A stretch of 64,000 nucleotides of DNA from assembly GCA_022703505.1 (NCBI GenBank), contig JAKLDN010000008.1:158422-222421 (forward strand), written 5' to 3'. Of the stretch, positions 59,327 through 64,000 are shown piece by piece (the first letter of the stretch is position 1; each line of letters opens with the position of its first letter). Source of the DNA: Spirochaetota bacterium. Its GTDB lineage: Bacteria; Spirochaetota; Spirochaetia; Treponematales; UBA12059. The notes beneath the pieces are model-generated. The model ran no database searches. It saw nothing but the letters and a program-made list of their open reading frames with translations, and was not told the DNA's origin. Both the position numbers and the translations under genes were made by a program.

Positions 59327-60977
59327 GATCGCCCTCCTCTCCAGCGCTAGCGGCGCGTGTAGCGAGGGTTTGAGGAGCTTCGGGCATGAGCCCTGCCGCG
59401 TATTCGAGCGCGCCTTCCGCGAGGAGCGGCATGGACCCGAGGTCATATGGTATCTGCTTGAAGGAGATATTGATGCGAGCGAGTGATGAGGGCGAATAGG
59501 TCGTCGCCTCGGCGTAAACAATGCGAGGACCATCATGCTTGGGGAGCGAGGCCAGAACGGCTGGCGTGAGGACATTGCCGCCCTTGGGGCGCTTGTCCCC
59601 GAGTATCCCGTTGTACAGGAGATAGAGGCCTCGTCCCTCGTGAATGCCGAGGAATGGCGATGCCGGCTTGATCGAGCCGCCTATGGCTGGTGCCTTGGTC
59701 TCGCGCCACCAGACGAAGGCAGCGAGGTCGATAAACTTGACCTTGGGGTTGAGGCGACCGAAGGCATCAAAGAGAGTCTCGCCGAGCTTGACGAAGCGGA
59801 AGCCGCCACCACCCTTCCAGCTAACAACTTCAGAGATGCCACCCTGCTCTCCGTCAATGACCTTCTGAAGACGGGGTAGGCAGTGCGTTACCGCATGGTC
59901 GCCCATCTCAACTCCGATCCAGCGACGGCCCATCTTGTGGGCGACGGCTGCGGTTGTGCCGGAGCCAAGGAAGGAGTCGAGGACAATATCACCAGGGTTA
60001 GTGGCGATGTGGATAATTCGGTGAAGTAGCCTTTCAGGCTTGGGTGTAGAAAACGGAATCAAGTCAGGAAAAAGCTTCGTAATCTCAAGCTTGGCCTGTC
60101 CATTGGATCCGACTTCTTGGTATAGCCAAAGCGTTGATGGCACAAGTCCAGCTTGCACCTCCGAAAGAAACTTCTTGACCCGAGGTGCATTGCCTCCATC
60201 TTGGCCAAACCAAATGCGTCCATCAACCCGCATCTCTTCAAAGCGAGGTTGAGTATAGAGCCAACACCGCCCAGGCGGGGGATCAATGGTTCGCCCGCTC
60301 GGAGTAGTGATAGTATAGAACTGCTCCTTGCGCCGCCCCTTCTCTGCTTTTGCATGTGCAGGTAGCGAAGCCCAAACACCTCTTGGATCGTTGTCTGGAT
60401 TGGTGAAGCGTTCGAGCTGGCTCTCCGAAGCAGGGAGCATGTGTCGAACTTGCTTCCACTGCTCGCGGTCCTTTGCGTAAAGGAGTACATGATCGTGGAC
60501 GGAAGAGAAATCCGTCCGGTTCTCTCTCGTCGGGTTCTTCTGCCAGAATATGTCAGCGATAAAATTACCGCGGCCAAGAAGCTCATCGAGGATAACCTTC
60601 AGGTACTGGCATTCTTGGTCATCAATGTTGACCCAAAGACTTGCATCGTCAGTCATAAATTCTCTCAACAACTCCAGCCTCGGGTACATCATCGAAAGCC
60701 ACGTTGAGTGCTCAAGGTTGTCGTCGTAGTGCTCGAAGGCAGACCCGGTGTTGTAGGGCGGGTCGATGTAGATGCACTTCACGCGCCCAGCGTAGTAGGG
60801 AAGCAAGGCTTTGAGAGCCTCGAGGTTGTCGCCCTGGATGAGGAGGTTGTCCTGCGCGGCCTTCGGGTCGCCGACAATGCCGCCTTTGGCTGCGGTGTGA
60901 GGCTCGAGGAGGCGGAAGGGAACAAGGGATGCGGCGCGGAGGGCGTCTTCTTTACCTGTCCAAGTTAGCGTAGGCAT
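59319..60977 (-). CDS. mod: Type III R-M DNA methyltransferase Mod (beta-class, N6A/N4C)
   Basis: DPPYN motif IV precedes FLGSGTT motif I (permuted order). Confidence 0.85.
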   Translation of the reverse strand: MPTLTWTGKEDALRAASLVPFRLLEPHTAAKGGIVGDPKAAQDNLLIQGDNLEALKALLPYYAGRVKCIYIDPPYNTGSAFEHYDDNLEHSTWLSMMYPRLELLREFMTDDASLWVNIDDQECQYLKVILDELLGRGNFIADIFWQKNPTRENRTDFSSVHDHVLLYAKDREQWKQVRHMLPASESQLERFTNPDNDPRGVWASLPAHAKAEKGRRKEQFYTITTPSGRTIDPPPGRCWLYTQPRFEEMRVDGRIWFGQDGGNAPRVKKFLSEVQAGLVPSTLWLYQEVGSNGQAKLEITKLFPDLIPFSTPKPERLLHRIIHIATNPGDIVLDSFLGSGTTAAVAHKMGRRWIGVEMGDHAVTHCLPRLQKVIDGEQGGISEVVSWKGGGGFRFVKLGETLFDAFGRLNPKVKFIDLAAFVWWRETKAPAIGGSIKPASPFLGIHEGRGLYLLYNGILGDKRPKGGNVLTPAVLASLPKHDGPRIVYAEATTYSPSSLARINISFKQIPYDLGSMPLLAEGALEYAAGLMPEAPQTLATRAASAGEEGDHV

Positions 60978-61014
60978 AGGCTGTCCTTGTCAAAGAGCTC
61001 GCGAGCTGGTTTCA

Positions 61015-61455
61015 TTATAGAATCCAAGGGAGCGGTAGAGCGGTGATTCCGAGGCGGCTCATGCCGTCGTGCACGTGCTGACGGAGAAAAGGCCACATGG
61101 TCTTCTGGATCTGGTTCTCATGGAAGACCTTGCGCACTTCTTCATCCTTCCAGAGTTCCTCGAAGGTGGGAACATCCGTGAGATGAAAGACGATGAAGAA
61201 CACGGAGACCTGACGGAAGATAGGGGCTCCCTGGAAGCTCACGGTGATCTCGTATCGCGGGCGGAAAATACGGGTTTCGCCGTTGACCAGGACAGGATCG
61301 CCATCAGCGAAAACCTGGTTCCATCCGAGGTTGATCTCGCTATTAGGCGCAGGCATCTCCCCGAGCAGATCGGAGTGAAAAGACATCGGCTTGATGTCTT
61401 GCAGGCTCATCGACTTGAGGAGCCGCGTGAGCCGCTCGTTGATCGTTTCGCTCAT
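61015..61455 (-). CDS. Hypothetical 146-aa protein coupled to the MqsA-like gene
   Basis: 4-nt overlap with the upstream antitoxin gene. No recognisable motif. Confidence 0.4.
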   Translation of the reverse strand: MSETINERLTRLLKSMSLQDIKPMSFHSDLLGEMPAPNSEINLGWNQVFADGDPVLVNGETRIFRPRYEITVSFQGAPIFRQVSVFFIVFHLTDVPTFEELWKDEEVRKVFHENQIQKTMWPFLRQHVHDGMSRLGITALPLPWIL

Positions 61456-62159
61456 GAGGCTACCGAGAGAGGCGCCGGAGCCTCAGACTTCATATCAATG
61501 ACCTGGGCAACGCCGGTAGACCAGCTGATGCCTTCCATGAGGCGGGAGTAATCCCTGAATGAGGAGTCACCGACATAGCGGGCGACTTGTTCGGGGACAG
61601 TGCGACCAGCGCGCGTGGCGCACTCCTCCACCTTGACCCGTTGAAGCTCGGTGAGTTCACGGCTCAAGGCTTCGAGTCCTTCCCAGGAAGAAGCAGCCTT
61701 GTATCCAGGGGACTCCTCGATCCTGCGACGTTGCGTCATCCCGATCTTCCCCGAGTTGATGTCGTACATCGCCTTGAAGGTGCAGGGATCGGCGGCGAGT
61801 TTGAGGAGGAGACGATTGGTCGAGTCGGGCGTACCCCCGCTCTCATAACCGTTCATGGTGAGCTCGCCGAAACCGAGGATCGCGCCAAAGGCCTTCTGGC
61901 TGGCATTGTAGCAAGCGCGCAGGGAAACGAGGGCTTCGGGCGACGGTGCCTCATAGAGACGGGCATACGCCTCACGCGCGGCGTCTAGATTGGTGTCGAG
62001 TTGGCCTGGGGCCTCGAACTCGTCTCCGCAGGTGAGGCAGCGCGAGTAGTGGGCTTTATAGGAGACCTCCCTGCCCTTGATTGTCACCTGTTCAACCCGC
62101 TCGATGATCTCGATATCTCGGGTTACCCCGCAGCGGGAGCACGGCAGTCTATTGCTCAT
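61452..62159 (-). CDS. MqsA-like antitoxin (N-terminal Zn-ribbon + XRE HTH) with C-terminal extension
   Basis: CSRCG...CLTCG zinc ribbon. LRACYNASQKAFGAILG HTH. Confidence 0.65.
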   Translation of the reverse strand: MSNRLPCSRCGVTRDIEIIERVEQVTIKGREVSYKAHYSRCLTCGDEFEAPGQLDTNLDAAREAYARLYEAPSPEALVSLRACYNASQKAFGAILGFGELTMNGYESGGTPDSTNRLLLKLAADPCTFKAMYDINSGKIGMTQRRRIEESPGYKAASSWEGLEALSRELTELQRVKVEECATRAGRTVPEQVARYVGDSSFRDYSRLMEGISWSTGVAQVIDMKSEAPAPLSVAS

Positions 62160-62415
62160 AATTGCCCTCATCATGAAAAGACATCACGATACCGGCATCC
62201 CCATTGGTGTCGGTCCAGATCTTCAGCTTGATGTACAACAGAATCATGTCTCCAGCCGGGGCCTGGCGCGTGTAGGGTTGATGAAACACCATGACGTCTC
62301 CAGGCGACCCATCATCATCGGGCTCAGGCCCCTTGGCATAGTGTTCAGGCCTCAGGTCGGCGATGATCTCGTACGCGTCCTCTTCGCTGAGTCCTTCATC
62401 CAGCATGAATTCCAT
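62149..62415 (-). CDS. MqsR-like toxin
   Basis: ILLYIKLKIWTDTNGDAGIVMSFHDE matches the MqsR core (YLKITVI...VSFKE). Internal Met start. Confidence 0.6.
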   Translation of the reverse strand: MEFMLDEGLSEEDAYEIIADLRPEHYAKGPEPDDDGSPGDVMVFHQPYTRQAPAGDMILLYIKLKIWTDTNGDAGIVMSFHDEGNYEQ

Positions 62416-62972
62416 GGTCTTACGCCTATTGCGAGGCTTCCAAGCAAGCTTTCTAGCCGCGAGGAGTGGCCTGAGGCGGATGAGGAACAGCTGAGCCGCG
62501 AATGAACCTCCCATTCAATATACTTTCATTATCGGTATTGTGCAATACCGATAGTAAGCTCTTGAATTGAGAGTGTCCCGGCTCGAGAGCCTTGGTTGTG
62601 ATGAAGCGGGTAGCAGGAAGACGTTATTGACATAATTATCCTCGGCTCTCGATAACACATGGAAAACGATGGAACCATGATAGCAGAGCTGGGAGAAATG
62701 TAAAGTCAGACACGACTACTCGGTGTGGACAACACACTCAGATAGGGGCTACCACGTAATATTCCTGAAGGAGTCCGCAGCGGAAAAGGGTGGGCTTAGG
62801 GGCAGATTGTGTGTTGAACATATCCTTGGTGACTATTCTGACAATAGCAACTATTTCTATACCTGATAATTAATTATAAGTACATGCAAGCGCTATATAG
62901 TGATTTCTATACTGTTGGGAGGGGCTTCTCACTAGTATCATACAGGTATATTACTGCGAAGGAGTCTTACCG

Positions 62973-63401
62973 ATGCTTCACTACGCTTCTGACCTGATCA
63001 AGTGGCTCGTCTTTACCGACAAGGAGAGGACCGTTCTACTCGATGCCCTGAACGCCTTCTTCTCGGCATCCGAAACCGTCCAAGAGCCGGTTCATGCGGA
63101 CGAAGATGAGCCTTATTCCGCAAGGCTGGCCCTCCATACCGATACGAAGAAGCTGGACAGCCTCATGTCAGTTCGCGGCCTCTTGGTCTCGAGCCTTCGC
63201 GAAGGATCAAGTGCCGTTATTGGCCTAACAACCAACGACCGCGAGGCTCTGAGTGCTCTGTTGATGCTCGATATCGCTGGCTTCTACGACTACCTAATCA
63301 GCCTTGAAGATAAGATGGCCGCCATGGGGGTCGAGTTCAGACCGATCGATGATGATCGCCAGAAGGCAAGGTTCCGCATCATGAGCAAGCTCAATGCCTG
63401 A
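62973..63401 (+). CDS. Hypothetical protein
   Basis: AAGGAG RBS after a 450-bp AT-rich non-coding stretch. No motif. Confidence 0.45.
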   Translation: MLHYASDLIKWLVFTDKERTVLLDALNAFFSASETVQEPVHADEDEPYSARLALHTDTKKLDSLMSVRGLLVSSLREGSSAVIGLTTNDREALSALLMLDIAGFYDYLISLEDKMAAMGVEFRPIDDDRQKARFRIMSKLNA

Positions 63402-63495
63402 CTCTACTAGGCGGATACAACGAAAAGTGGCCGCCCTCGAAGGCGGCCTTAAACGACGCTAACGGTGAATATATGGAGGCAGCTCTAAGCGCGCG

Positions 63496-64000
63496 CTACC
63501 TCAGCGCTCCCTGTAGAATTCGAATAGCGGAACGGATCGCCTTCCTTCTCGCACTGGAGGGATCACGCTGGACGAGCTCATGGAGGAGCTCGACGATTCG
63601 GAGCCCGTCGGCGACCGCAACGTCGTTGATGTGCTGCGCTTCAGGGCTTTGACTGCGCCTCTTGGCAGGAGCTTGCGGGACGACACGCTTGGCCTTGGCT
63701 GCCTCCGCTGCCTGGTGGATGGTCTTCTCGCCGCGACGGACTGAGGCGGCTTCCTCGGGGTCGGAAAGCACTGCCCGTGCGCGCTCCACTTTGGCCCGAG
63801 AAGTCCCGATGGTGTCGGCAGTAACTTCGGCTGTCTTGCGCGGCTTGCTGTCGGTAGCCTCGATTGAGGCTACCCGGGTATTGAAGCCAGTCTGAGGCCG
63901 GTCAACAAGCTCGATGAGCCGGAGAAGTTCAGCATCCGAGAGGTTACGGCGGTCCTTCTGGGTATGGATGGCGTAGGCCAGGGCCTCGGCTTCGGAGGCG
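63496..64000 (-). CDS. ParB-like protein (C-terminal part; N-terminus beyond window)
   Basis: The minus-strand frame stays open to the window edge. ALAYAIHTQKDRRNLSDAELLRLI resembles the ParB/Spo0J HTH region. Confidence 0.5.
   Translation of the reverse strand, partial: ASEAEALAYAIHTQKDRRNLSDAELLRLIELVDRPQTGFNTRVASIEATDSKPRKTAEVTADTIGTSRAKVERARAVLSDPEEAASVRRGEKTIHQAAEAAKAKRVVPQAPAKRRSQSPEAQHINDVAVADGLRIVELLHELVQRDPSSARRKAIRSAIRILQGALR

Larger units (their letters stand above)
45296..64000. mobile_element. Lower-GC (about 50%) integrated genomic/defence island extending past the window end
   Basis: Abrupt composition shift at the tRNA-like fragment. Cargo of TA systems, RecT, R-M, Ubl/E1 operon, ParB-like gene. 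No integrase within the window. Confidence 0.65.

Noticed and set aside
60059-60586. 175-aa ORF inside the mod gene (other frame)
   Set aside because: Completely embedded in the Type III Mod coding sequence on the same strand. No motif.

Overview
The window has two parts. From roughly 1 to 45,300 it is a very high-GC (about 65-70%) chromosomal segment. Because of the GC content, both strands are full of long spurious ORFs. Real genes were picked by recognisable protein signatures, RBS placement and tight operon spacing. Core content of this segment includes rpsI-rplM, recX, an RNase II-family exoribonuclease, a class III nucleotidyl cyclase, tRNA-Arg(CCT), and katG with a 1-Cys peroxiredoxin divergent from a sigma-54/GAF activator. 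It also holds peptidases, a racemase, a vapBC pair, a nagA/nagB amino-sugar cluster, and two clusters of ADP-ribose/NAD-signalling genes. The first is sirtuin / vWA-macro fusion / NrtR-like Nudix regulator / ADP-ribosylglycohydrolase fused to an unknown domain. The second is a six-gene translationally coupled operon: STAS, nucleoside hydrolase, metallophosphoesterase, dual-specificity phosphatase, a second ADP-ribosylglycohydrolase and a GNAT. At about 45,296 the GC content drops to about 50%. This follows a family of 88-bp hairpin repeats, a bidirectional terminator and a tRNA 3'-end-like fragment. The rest of the window, to beyond 64,000, looks like an integrated defence island. It carries hipBA, a higBA pair with a frameshifted toxin, a RecT-like annealing protein, and an RloC-like zinc-hook ABC ATPase. 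It also carries an Ubl + E2/E1-fusion + Cys-rich small-protein operon resembling type II Bub/6E bacterial ubiquitination-like systems, Type III R-M (mod/res), an mqsRA-like pair and a ParB-like gene cut by the window edge. The Bub-like operon and the two ADP-ribose clusters are the most interesting loci. Several unusual DNA structures are also noted: paired inverted CAGGNNN heptamer arrays, a 19-bp perfect hairpin, and palindromic operators embedded in consensus sigma-70 promoters.
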